A DNA stretch of 64,000 bases from Cyanobacteria bacterium P01_D01_bin.156 (lineage in GTDB: Bacteria > Cyanobacteriota > Cyanobacteriia > Phormidesmidales > Phormidesmidaceae). The stretch covers positions 1 through 64,000 of the forward strand of contig JBCCQQ010000017.1 in NCBI GenBank assembly GCA_039024555.1. The letters run 5' to 3'. Numbering within the stretch: the first letter of the stretch is position 1; every line of letters starts with the position of its first letter. Below the pieces are notes generated by a model, which saw only the letters and a list, made by a program, of their open reading frames with translations, was not told where the DNA came from and ran no database searches. Of the stretch, positions 9,876-19,017 are shown in pieces. The translations under genes were made by a program, and so were the position numbers.

Positions 9876-12800
9876 TATTCCTCACCCCCATTAGTGGCCA
9901 CTGTTTCATCGCTAGGCTCTGTCTCCAAGGGATTGCCACTGACTGGCTCCTCGATTGGTGGTGAGCCATCTGCTTCTATCAAGGATTCTTCCTGCTGAGC
10001 GGGAGCCACTTGCTGTAGCCCAAACTGGTCCCACAGCTCATTCACCTTAAAGGTCACACCTAGATACGGGCCATCATCACTGCGATAACCACTGCCGCCT
10101 AGGGAACGGTCATTAATACTACCGAAGCTATAACCTACACCCAGACGAAGATCTGGAGTCAGATAGTAACCAGCTTCAAGGGCAAAGCCCACTTCGTCAT
10201 AGTTGGTTTCTGGCTGAGTGATATAGCGGACTTCTCCGGTGACATCCCAGCGATAGGCAAACCGGTGGGTGGCTCTAAACTGCCCTAGATGAATCGCATT
10301 TGATGAAGTAACTCCAAGGGAATCAAGGTCCGCATTGGTTGCCCGTAGCGCATATTTACCGTAAAACTCCCAACGCCAGCTAGGGGCGTAAATACCTTCC
10401 ATGGCCAGGGTATGTTCCTGAATTGAGTCAGAACCCGCTCCCACCAGGAGAGCATTGGGAGTGCTGGAGGGGTTGATGGCATATTCGTAGCTCAACAGCG
10501 CATTAAATTTATCGCTGTGGGGGTTTCGATACGCCAAACCCAAGCGGGCACTAGTGGAACTGTTAAGCCGATCCGTGATCGTTTGGTTAGAGAAATTGGC
10601 ATGTTCAATCCGAGCCAAGGTGGTTAAAGCATCGGATAGTTTACCCGCAGCCGATGCGGTAACTACTGTATTATTGCCATCTTCAGAATCACGGTGCTCA
10701 AATCGAGCACTGGCTTGGAAACCGGGGTTGTCAGTGTACTCTAGGCCCAGAGTGTAAGTAGTCCCACTCACCAAGCCTAGGGAGGATGCGGACTGTCCTA
10801 CGGCGTAGGGTTGGATTACTTGATTGCCCCCAGTGATTGATGACAAACTGCTGCCAAAGATCCGCTGGAAACCAAGGTCCATATGCAACCCAGGACTGAG
10901 GTTAATACGATGGTTTAAACCTAGGGCGCCTTGGCCGGTCATCCCGTTGTTCGCCCCCAAAAGGGAATAACGACCGGTTAATTCGGTGTTATCTGTGAGG
11001 TCATAGTTGACCAGGGCATCAACGGTGGTTAGAGCATCTGGGGTGACATCGTCATCGTGGAAGAATCGCTGGGCAAACCGCAAGGTCACCTCTGGCAATA
11101 CATCCCAATCCAGACCCACTACAGTCTGGCCGGGATAGGCTTCGTCTTCATCTCCTAGAGCAATATCAGTTTGGGTACGGAAGGTTAGCTTCTCCGCTAG
11201 AGGCCAGGTGAGACCCGCCGATATGAGATTTGATTCAATATCAGTGCCGGTTTCGCGATCGTTGCGATCGCGATGCACCCAGTCCAAGTTACCCGTAATG
11301 GTGCCAAACTGTTGCTGTATGCCTGCCCGCACCGTAGTGATGGAATTATTGACGGAGGCTCCATCTGTGCGTACCAGACCAGGGTTTAGCAGCTGATCCG
11401 TTGTGGTTGGGATAAGGTCCTCATTGCCCTTATTTTCTTCGCGGTCAAACTGAACCTGAAGCTGAGTGTTATCGCCCACGTTGTAGCCCAGTTGGCCACC
11501 CCAGCGGGTTTGACCAGCCCTAAAACTCGTCGTTGCCGTATTCCGAAAACCGCTTTCCGCATTCCTAAAGTAGGCGGTGCCGCCTAAGTCAGGTGTAATT
11601 TGTCCCGTCGCTTCCACACGAAAAGCCGTTCCCTCTTCATCGGTTACGGGGCTATCCAATTCAGACCGGGCAAATTCAGCCACCAGCTGACCAGCATTGC
11701 CTAAAGGTAACAGCGCATCCACACCTAACAGACTAAAGTCTTGGGCTCCTTGATCTTCATAAAGAGCGGATGCACCGACCCAGCTAGGATTTTCTAAACT
11801 TGTGTCAAAGTTGTATTGCAGACGCCCAGCGTACAATGCACCGCTGCTAAACAACCCATCATCCTCTGCTCCACCGTCTTCTACCTGGTAGGTGGCCACA
11901 ATCCGACGCACTAAGGCTGGCCCGAATGGATTAGAGTCCACAGCAGATACAGGACTATTAAATAAAATCGCCCCGCGATCATAGTCGATGGTGTAGTCCA
12001 CACCTCGCACCAGGCGCACCCGTTCAATAACAGTGCCAGGACGATTCAGTTCCTCAATCTCGAAGAAGAGATCTTCGCTGCCTGCCAATATCAAACGGCG
12101 AGACAAGAAATAGTAGCCACTGGTGCCATCGGGAACAATCGTATCCCGCTGCAGTGCCCGTACATCATTGGCGTAAAGGGCAGTCAGCTGTAAACCATTA
12201 CCAAAGGTGTAGTTGCCCTTGAAGCCATGTAGCTGACGGTTAACAGCGGAAAACTCTTGGGAGAACCGAGCAAACTCTGACGTGTTGTAGTCCCCCCACA
12301 TAAAGAAGTTGGACTCATAGCCGACAATTTCAGAGTCCTGCTCAAACCGCACGTAGAAACTGTCGATGGACGGGGTCAGAAACTCGGTGGTAGAACTGTC
12401 TCCATAGGTGGGATAGGTTTGCTCGCAACTCTGAACATCGCGATAGAGACGATTGTCATTACATCGTTCATTCAGGGCGCGATCGCTATTAAAGGCTGCT
12501 GTTAACAACCAATCTCCAATAGTCCCTGTTGCAAAAATTCCAGCATCCAGGTCAGCTTCATAATCGCCGATATCATCCTCGGCAAGAAAATCAGCATAGG
12601 GCCCCCAAAAGTCCGTTGCTCCAGGTCCAATGCGAAAATCTACAACACCAGCCACTAAGGATGGACGATAGGGCGTAATAAAACTTACCTGGGTGTAGGC
12701 ATCCAGTTCTCTTTCAGGCTGTTGGGCTGTGGCTTCATCGCCTACCAGACCTAAGGCTTCGCGGGCAGACGCACTGGCACGTATCGTAACAGGCTGAGCT

Positions 12801-13432
12801 TCTGAGGCCGAGCGTAGTTCAACCTCAAACTCCCCCTGACGAGCCAAGACTTGAAACCCACCCCGATCGATATCGTAGTCGGCCCCAATAAATGTGCCAG
12901 CAGAGACGGTGAGGGTAACAACGACATCCTCACCCACAGGACGGCCTGCACCATTTAAAATGGAGCCTTGCAGGACCATGGTGGAGCGTCCATCAGCGGG
13001 CAGAAAGGCATCCCCTGCAGGAAATACCTCTAAGCTTAGTTCATCTCCCAACTCGTCCTGAATCAGCGGTGGCAGGTTACTGGGGACTTGACGAATAATG
13101 GTTTCATCAATAAAACCTTCGGCTTCGCCTGGGTCCTCTTCCACCGGTAACGTATTCTCATCTAAAAGGTCGCTAGGCAATTCATCACTGGCTTGCCCTA
13201 GGAGCTGTCCATCTAGAATCTCTGCCGATATTGAGTTTTCGGCTGGAAGATCGCGGGTTAATTCACCAGATTGCTTGTCTGAGCTCTCTGTAGTTGGCGA
13301 AACCACAGCGCTGTTGGAAGGCACGGCGCTAGTTTGTTCTTGTGCGGCTCGGACCGGCTGGAGCAAAGCCACTACACCCGCTAAGGTCGTGAGTAACCCC
13401 AGACAAATCGAATTAGATAACAAACGAATCAT
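9875..13432 (-). CDS. Large outer-membrane beta-barrel protein of unknown function
   Basis: Signal peptide (..PVRA|A), acidic linker, Ig-like LPADG segment, then several hundred residues of alternating amphipathic Gly/aromatic strands. TAATG coupling at both ends. Confidence 0.78.
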   Translation of the reverse strand: MIRLLSNSICLGLLTTLAGVVALLQPVRAAQEQTSAVPSNSAVVSPTTESSDKQSGELTRDLPAENSISAEILDGQLLGQASDELPSDLLDENTLPVEEDPGEAEGFIDETIIRQVPSNLPPLIQDELGDELSLEVFPAGDAFLPADGRSTMVLQGSILNGAGRPVGEDVVVTLTVSAGTFIGADYDIDRGGFQVLARQGEFEVELRSASEAQPVTIRASASAREALGLVGDEATAQQPERELDAYTQVSFITPYRPSLVAGVVDFRIGPGATDFWGPYADFLAEDDIGDYEADLDAGIFATGTIGDWLLTAAFNSDRALNERCNDNRLYRDVQSCEQTYPTYGDSSTTEFLTPSIDSFYVRFEQDSEIVGYESNFFMWGDYNTSEFARFSQEFSAVNRQLHGFKGNYTFGNGLQLTALYANDVRALQRDTIVPDGTSGYYFLSRRLILAGSEDLFFEIEELNRPGTVIERVRLVRGVDYTIDYDRGAILFNSPVSAVDSNPFGPALVRRIVATYQVEDGGAEDDGLFSSGALYAGRLQYNFDTSLENPSWVGASALYEDQGAQDFSLLGVDALLPLGNAGQLVAEFARSELDSPVTDEEGTAFRVEATGQITPDLGGTAYFRNAESGFRNTATTSFRAGQTRWGGQLGYNVGDNTQLQVQFDREENKGNEDLIPTTTDQLLNPGLVRTDGASVNNSITTVRAGIQQQFGTITGNLDWVHRDRNDRETGTDIESNLISAGLTWPLAEKLTFRTQTDIALGDEDEAYPGQTVVGLDWDVLPEVTLRFAQRFFHDDDVTPDALTTVDALVNYDLTDNTELTGRYSLLGANNGMTGQGALGLNHRINLSPGLHMDLGFQRIFGSSLSSITGGNQVIQPYAVGQSASSLGLVSGTTYTLGLEYTDNPGFQASARFEHRDSEDGNNTVVTASAAGKLSDALTTLARIEHANFSNQTITDRLNSSTSARLGLAYRNPHSDKFNALLSYEYAINPSSTPNALLVGAGSDSIQEHTLAMEGIYAPSWRWEFYGKYALRATNADLDSLGVTSSNAIHLGQFRATHRFAYRWDVTGEVRYITQPETNYDEVGFALEAGYYLTPDLRLGVGYSFGSINDRSLGGSGYRSDDGPYLGVTFKVNELWDQFGLQQVAPAQQEESLIEADGSPPIEEPVSGNPLETEPSDETVATNGGEE

Positions 13433-14412
13433 TAGTTCTGGCCCTCCCCATAAGTCGGTGTTACTGCAAAGTTCATCCGTGCTAGGCCACCCGGTTCAAG
13501 TCGAACCAATCTAGACTGACTGTTGTTTTCCAGCCGATAGAGGTTAGGAGCCAAGGTATAACCCGGCAAACTGCTGAGGTCGAGCACACCCACGCGATTG
13601 CCCGAAACTACATTTGCCATAGAGAAAAGGCCATCGGGGTCAGCGATAATGCGATTACCATCGTCGAGATAGATCACGGCATTGGGAACACCAGCTTCAC
13701 CTGGCTGCTGTTCTCCATCAAAGTTTTTATCCACAAAGACTCGACCGATGATAGTGCCACAATCCGATAAGATGCCGGGGCGAATAGTTAAGCGAAACTC
13801 AGCCTGGTCTGATGGAAAACCGGGGGCGGAAGCGGTAGCCACGTTAACCCCAGAGCCTCGTACCGAGTCCGGAGTTAATGTGACGGCATAAAGAATTTGC
13901 AACGCAGAATTAGCTGGTAACACATCAAACTGAAAATCAAGTTGCCGGCCTGAGGGTGTAAAGGACGTTAAGTTGGGTGGAGTTGGGCTGGTGTTTACAG
14001 AGTCATCGATGTATTCCAATCCCCGTGGCAAACTATCGGAGACTCTCAGTGGAGTTGCTGGAGAGCTGCTGAGATTTTCGACAAGTAGGCGATAAATTAC
14101 GACGTCACCAGGCTCTGCAGCGGATTTGTCAGCCGTTTTCGTGATCCGCAGCAGTGAATCACTGGTGCCAGGTACTTGAATGGTCGTATCGTTACCGGCA
14201 GGAGCTAATCGGCTGCGTCGAGTGGGGTCGCTGGGGTCATCCAACTCTCCAGCAACGGTATTAGTCACCTGCACCTGTGCCGCTACCGGCATCACAGGGC
14301 TATGGGTGTAAACCAACAGGGTGCTGAGTAGAACACCCATGAGAAAAAAACTTACCGTCTTGAACAGGTGTCGAAAAACACCTCTAGAATGCTTCTTCAC
14401 AACTCTCACCAC
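13432..14412 (-). CDS. Secreted DUF11 + SdrD-B-like domain protein
   Basis: Signal peptide; LRITKTADKSAAEPGDVVIYRLLVEN (DUF11); GTIIGRVFVDKNFDGEQQPGEAGVPNA (SdrD-B/Cna-B-like). Confidence 0.85.
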   Translation of the reverse strand: MVRVVKKHSRGVFRHLFKTVSFFLMGVLLSTLLVYTHSPVMPVAAQVQVTNTVAGELDDPSDPTRRSRLAPAGNDTTIQVPGTSDSLLRITKTADKSAAEPGDVVIYRLLVENLSSSPATPLRVSDSLPRGLEYIDDSVNTSPTPPNLTSFTPSGRQLDFQFDVLPANSALQILYAVTLTPDSVRGSGVNVATASAPGFPSDQAEFRLTIRPGILSDCGTIIGRVFVDKNFDGEQQPGEAGVPNAVIYLDDGNRIIADPDGLFSMANVVSGNRVGVLDLSSLPGYTLAPNLYRLENNSQSRLVRLEPGGLARMNFAVTPTYGEGQN

Positions 14413-14646
14413 ACCTCACAGGCACCAACAACAAGGCAAACCGCCATTAACATCGCCTCTCCATTCACAAGCAACTTGAAGCAGCTATCTGAGATAACAA
14501 AGGTTTAAAGAGTTATTTGTTTCAGACACTGTGTAACGGAATCGCAAACTATGTGTTCAGTAAATTTCCCAGCTGCCCATTGAGACAGGGTTACGAAAAA
14601 TTACTTACGACGCAGGTTGATCAATCCAGTTAATCAAGGAAGTTTG

Positions 14647-14660
14647 CCGTATTTATACGG
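14647..14660. promoter_or_regulatory. Palindromic operator-like site CCGTA-N4-TACGG
   Basis: CCGTATTTATACGG lies ~235 bp upstream of the DUF11 operon. Related sites recur in other intergenic regions. Confidence 0.4.
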
Positions 14661-15342
14661 TTATTCCTATCTCTGGTCAAGGATTATTACACTCTGATTT
14701 GAAGAAGTGCAATACCTCACACCGTTCAACAAATTCTAGGGAATGGTACGGAGACAAACGCCATCAGGAAAATTTGATGACAAAATCCCCAAAAAATCGA
14801 AATCCTAGTAATTTCACGTAGTAATTTCGTTGGGATCGTGGCTCTCATGTCCTGATCTAAGGCGTTTCTGCCACTTGATTAAAGATCATTTAAACAAGGA
14901 TGAAGAATCGTTGAATTTTACACTCCGACACATTCAGCAGGGTTCTGTAACGACATGTTTGGAGCTTCCATGTTCTTTCTGCAGACAATATCAAGAGAAA
15001 TTGCTCAAATGACTGTTCTGGATGATTCATTGTTGTATGAAAGTGTTAAGTAAGACTTAACTTTCTGTCGTGTAATCATCCGTTTGGGAGGAATTAATAC
15101 CCCGGTGTTGCCATATCCTCTTTCTCAATTGCCAAAATTTTCTTGTTGAGTCGGAGCAAGTAATTATGGGGTTTGAAAAAGCGCCTTGTGGGAAAATATA
15201 TTTTCAACGCCCAGGGGCAATTGGATGTAGTCGCAAACGCTTGTCATGGTTTGCTTAGGGGATACAACAAGTTCTCAACTCTTTTCGCTGTGCAGAGTTT
15301 CAAGGACTAAATCCTTTTTAGGGTGCAGCAATGTCTAGCAAT

Positions 15343-16143
15343 TTATAGCAGAGCTGATTTAAGTTCCTGACAGAAGCTTTCAACTTCAGCGACTCCTGTT
15401 GTTGTTGCTTGATCGCCTGCTAGTCGTTTTACGAAGGCGCTACCCACGATTACACCGTCAGCTCCCCAAGTCTTAAGTTGAGCAGCTTGTTCAGGGGATG
15501 AAACACCAAAGCCTACGCCAATAGGTTTGTCGGTGACAGTGCGCAGCTCTTGTAAAAGATCCTGGACGCGATTTTCAATCTGGGTGCGCATACCGGTCAC
15601 TCCGGTGACGCTAACAAGGTAAATAAACCCTTGGCACTGTTTTGCGATCGCAACAATTCGTTCTTTTGGGGTAGTGGGTGCTACCAACAGGGTGACCTCG
15701 ATGCCGATTTCTTTGGCTGGCTGGAGTAGTACATCCATTTCTTCTAACGGTAGATCTGGGACTACTAAGCCCCGAGCACCCGCCTGATAAATGTCCGTTA
15801 GAAAGGCTTTAATGCCACGATTAAGAATCGGGTTGTAGTACGTAAAAAGTATGATTGGTGCCTTCAGATCTGGCGACACGTCTGCCACTAATTTCAGGAC
15901 ATCATCCAGCGTCACTCCCTGAGCCAATGCCCGAGTTGCTGCTGCCTGAATCACCGGGCCATCTGCCAGTGGATCAGAATAGGGGACTCCCAGCTCAATC
16001 AAGTTTGCTCCAGCCCGATCAAGCGCGCGCAACGCATCTGCAGTGGTGGCTAAATCTGGATCGCCCGCCGTGATAAACGGAATAAGCGCACAGCTCTGCT
16101 GGTCGCGCAATGTCTGAAATTGAGCTGAAACTGATTTACCCAT
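15343..16143 (-). CDS. trpA: Tryptophan synthase alpha subunit
   Basis: [37 protein letters not shown] and [10 protein letters not shown] motifs. Likely start is the ATG at 16143 (track gives 16158). Confidence 0.97.
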   Translation of the reverse strand: MGKSVSAQFQTLRDQQSCALIPFITAGDPDLATTADALRALDRAGANLIELGVPYSDPLADGPVIQAAATRALAQGVTLDDVLKLVADVSPDLKAPIILFTYYNPILNRGIKAFLTDIYQAGARGLVVPDLPLEEMDVLLQPAKEIGIEVTLLVAPTTPKERIVAIAKQCQGFIYLVSVTGVTGMRTQIENRVQDLLQELRTVTDKPIGVGFGVSSPEQAAQLKTWGADGVIVGSAFVKRLAGDQATTTGVAEVESFCQELKSALL

Positions 16144-16205
16144 AATCCCTTGTATCAAAATCTTGTCACTGTGCCGTCGGAGGACACTATTGGGTGTAGA
16201 AAACC

Positions 16206-16523
16206 TTAGGATGACTGAGGAGAATTTTTCTCCGCTTCTAACTCAGCCTGCAGCTGGGCCAGTTCCTCGTCAGACATCTCGTCCAAGCGTTTTTGGAGCA
16301 CCGCATCTTCATAATCTTTGAGCTGTTGGTTGTAAGTCATCTGTTGGGAAAAGACTCGAGTCAAGTATGTGGCGACCCAGCCCAATAGACCTCCAACAAA
16401 AATTACCTGACTCCAAATTCCAGCTGAAAGCGTGTCCATTCCTGCTAGAGAAAGAGCTAGGTACAGGCCACCACCAGCCAGAAAAATTCCGAGACCAATG
16501 CCAATTACATCAATCCGACGCAT
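16206..16523 (-). CDS. DUF3007 family membrane protein
   Basis: [10 protein letters not shown]...[19 protein letters not shown], in the usual cyanobacterial ndhL-DUF3007-trpA order. Confidence 0.85.
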   Translation of the reverse strand: MRRIDVIGIGLGIFLAGGGLYLALSLAGMDTLSAGIWSQVIFVGGLLGWVATYLTRVFSQQMTYNQQLKDYEDAVLQKRLDEMSDEELAQLQAELEAEKNSPQSS

Positions 16524-16525
16524 GG

Positions 16526-16756
16526 CTAAATCTCACGACGTTGGGGGCGAAAGTTGAGAAAAGGCGACATTAACAGCATGCCGGGGAAAAAGACAAACAC
16601 CAAGGAATAGATGAATAAACGCTCGATCGATGTAGCTACGTTCCAGCGCTGCTTAAGATAAAACAGCAATATTCCAGGTACAACCAATAGATACAGGCCA
16701 GCCAAGCCAGCGTAGGTCGCCAACGTAATCAAGAGTGAGATATCAAGGTTATCCAT
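16526..16756 (-). CDS. ndhL: NAD(P)H-quinone oxidoreductase (NDH-1) subunit L
   Basis: [14 protein letters not shown]....[32 protein letters not shown] signature. Confidence 0.93.
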   Translation of the reverse strand: MDNLDISLLITLATYAGLAGLYLLVVPGILLFYLKQRWNVATSIERLFIYSLVFVFFPGMLLMSPFLNFRPQRREI

Positions 16757-16961
16757 AGCTCCTCAGCTTTCTGCACATACCGTTAGTCATCATATAGCAA
16801 TCGATGAGTACAGGTATCGATTATGTGTCAGGTTAGCTTTATTTGAAAAGGAGCCTGGACCAATAGATACTTCTGTTGAACGGATAAGTGCGACTGCATT
16901 TGGGGGTTGCACAGAATACCAGTTGGTGTTGGAATTAAACAGGAGTTTTAAACCAAAGTAT

Positions 16962-16988
16962 TTGCAAGCGCTTGTTTGCTGATACTAT
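16962..16988 (+). promoter_or_regulatory. Probable sigma70-type promoter of trnL (extended -10)
   Basis: TTGCAA...TGaTACTAT ends 17 nt before the tRNA 5' end. The -35/-10 spacing is short (15 bp). Confidence 0.45.
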
Positions 16989-17005
16989 TCAATAGCTCTA
17001 ACTAA

Positions 17006-17315
17006 GGGGGCGTGGCGGAATGGTAGACGCTGCGGACTTAGAAAACTGAGCCTTAGTGGAGAAATCTGCTAAGTGTAAGCTCTCAAACTCAGGGAAACCT
17101 AAGTCTTAAACGATAAGGCAATCCTGAGCCAAGCCGCTGGTTATTCGAGCGGAAGGTGCAGAGGCCCGACGGGAGCTACCCTAACGTACTAGGTCGAGGG
17201 TAAAGGGAGGGTCCAATCCTCAAAGCCCGCTGAGCGTGGCAACAGCGAAAGCTGTGGGAGGATGAAAATCCGCTGACCTTAAACGGTCGTGAGGGTTCAA
17301 GTCCCTCCGCCCCCA
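17006..17315 (+). tRNA. trnL: tRNA-Leu(UAA) interrupted by a group I intron; exons 17006-17039 and 17265-17315
   Basis: Acceptor stem GGGGGCG/CGCCCCC-A, D-loop GGAATGGTAGAC, anticodon stem GCGGA/TCCGC with CTT^AAAA loop, long variable arm, T-loop GGTTCAAGTCC. No encoded CCA. Confidence 0.97.
17040..17264 (+). ncRNA. Group I intron in the tRNA-Leu UAA anticodon (225 nt, no ORF)
   Basis: Core elements AAACTCAGGGAAACCT (P), GGCAATCCTGAGCCAA (Q), GGTGCAGAGGCCCGACGGGAGCT (R), AAAGGGAGGGTCCAA (S). Terminal G precedes AAAATCCG. Confidence 0.95.
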
Positions 17316-17661
17316 TCATATTTAATTATTTCTTCAGCTAGACTCTGGGCATACTAGGGGTTGATTGTCTGTTATGGCATACAATTTAGGAGCTCTAGTT
17401 AAGTATTCTCTAGGCGTAGGCTTTCCAAAAACGTAGAGCTGGAGTTCTTGCTGTGTCTAAGTTTTAAGTCTCTGGCTAGGGAAGCGTGGCGAGTATTCCG
17501 TATTCTTACAGAGATGAGCTTAAATAAATATACTTTTCAACATAGGGGGTTTATTGCTACAAAATGAATGTATTGGACACATTACTTTAGGTTTCATCCG
17601 TTTTTCTCTATTTAGTCGCCGATGCTGACGGTACGAGCGACCTCATCTACCAGTAAGTTGC

Positions 17662-19017
17662 ATGGTTGTTAATAGAGTTTCTGATTCTTCTGACTCGTTT
17701 AGCCCTAGGCGTCGTTACAAAGACGTACAACAGGCACAGCAAACAATTTATGATTTTCTGATAGACATTGTTAAAACATGGCATGCTGATGACGTCCTTG
17801 AGGAATTTAAGGGCATTTTTCTACAGCATCATGAAAGCTACAGCACAGATATTGCTCCAGCGCTGTACACTTTGCTGTTTGCCAATAATCGTCAAGAATT
17901 TCACAATACGCTCAAGCGCTCTTGCTACATTTTGATCAACAACTGGGAGGTGGCGCGGGAGTATAGCGCCATTCGTAAGCTCATTCAGGTGTTTGCGGAT
18001 CCTGCCATTCGTAAGGTATCGATTTCACCCACCATCAAGCGCCTACGTAAGTGGATTCAGGAATTTGTTGATAGTAGTGATTTCCAAGACCTGAAGCTAT
18101 TTGTTAGTAGTCGATTCAACAGCGAAGAACATCACTGGTCTGAGCGATACACCACCTATCTGTTAGCTCCCCAGTATGTGGACACGACTAATCCGTTAGA
18201 GCAGCGGGAAGCAGCCCGTGCTCTTTCGCAGCGCTTGCGAGATAAATTCAAATTTGATTTGGCCATGTATACGGCCCACCTCCAGGCATCTCCTACTGAA
18301 GAAAACCGTCGTATTAATCCAACAATGCTAGGGGACAGTGCCCTCAGGGTGATTAGAGCCTTGGTGGCCAAACGGGGTATGTTTAGCCATCGTAATCTGG
18401 CCCGTATTTTTCATGACCAAACTCAGGGGCTAACCTACGGCAGCTATAAAAACAGTCTGGTAGAGTACCTGCTGTTTTCGGCAACCAAAACCGATTTTGT
18501 GGCTACCCTTGAAAATCGGCTAACGTCAAAATTAGACAATTTATACGTCAAGTTTAATCAGAAGGCCCTAGATGCTTCTTTGACGTTACTTACCAGCAAT
18601 CGAGTAATTGACTTTTTGATGACGGAGGATGCCCAAACTCCTTCACCCTTGTTTAGCTTATTGCTGACCAATGGCCGTCCTTTAACATTGGCCATCGTTC
18701 TGCTGAAATTGATTTTAATTTCCCCTAACTCCCACCCCTATCTGGATGCTCGTATCGCAGATTTAATTCGATACTATGAGCAGTTTCCCCGTGAAGAGTG
18801 TCAGTGGATTATCAACTTCTTAGAAATCTACGGTGTGACTCTGGCAATTTGTGGCAGCGATGTGCAATATAACTTGGTTCATATCCAACAAAGTGAGCCA
18901 AGTGAAAGTAATTCTGAAACAGCTTCGTTGGAAGAATATCGAATTTTTTCGCAGATGATGAAGCAATTACACTGGGCTCCCCTTAGTCACTCTAATCCTC
19001 TGACCCAAGATGATTAG
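17662..19017 (+). CDS. Hypothetical protein (predicted all-helical)
   Basis: 451-aa ORF with ordinary globular composition (e.g. TLKRSCYILINNW, KFKFDLAMYTA). No function recognised. Confidence 0.8.
   Translation: MVVNRVSDSSDSFSPRRRYKDVQQAQQTIYDFLIDIVKTWHADDVLEEFKGIFLQHHESYSTDIAPALYTLLFANNRQEFHNTLKRSCYILINNWEVAREYSAIRKLIQVFADPAIRKVSISPTIKRLRKWIQEFVDSSDFQDLKLFVSSRFNSEEHHWSERYTTYLLAPQYVDTTNPLEQREAARALSQRLRDKFKFDLAMYTAHLQASPTEENRRINPTMLGDSALRVIRALVAKRGMFSHRNLARIFHDQTQGLTYGSYKNSLVEYLLFSATKTDFVATLENRLTSKLDNLYVKFNQKALDASLTLLTSNRVIDFLMTEDAQTPSPLFSLLLTNGRPLTLAIVLLKLILISPNSHPYLDARIADLIRYYEQFPREECQWIINFLEIYGVTLAICGSDVQYNLVHIQQSEPSESNSETASLEEYRIFSQMMKQLHWAPLSHSNPLTQDD

Noticed and set aside
5026..13891. 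Many short antisense or alternate-frame ORFs inside the adhesin operon, and similar ones across the window
   Set aside because: Shadow ORFs of long genes, with no motifs or start context.
14413..15342. c-di-GMP or other riboswitch in the long leader of the DUF11 operon; ORF 14830-15012
   Set aside because: The GGCAAA words lack the GAAA tetraloop and receptor context, and one is on the wrong strand. The 60-aa ORF has a TTG start and no features.
17316..17661. Genomic island or att site at the tRNA 3' end
   Set aside because: No integrase, and I saw no duplicate of the tRNA 3' end in the window.
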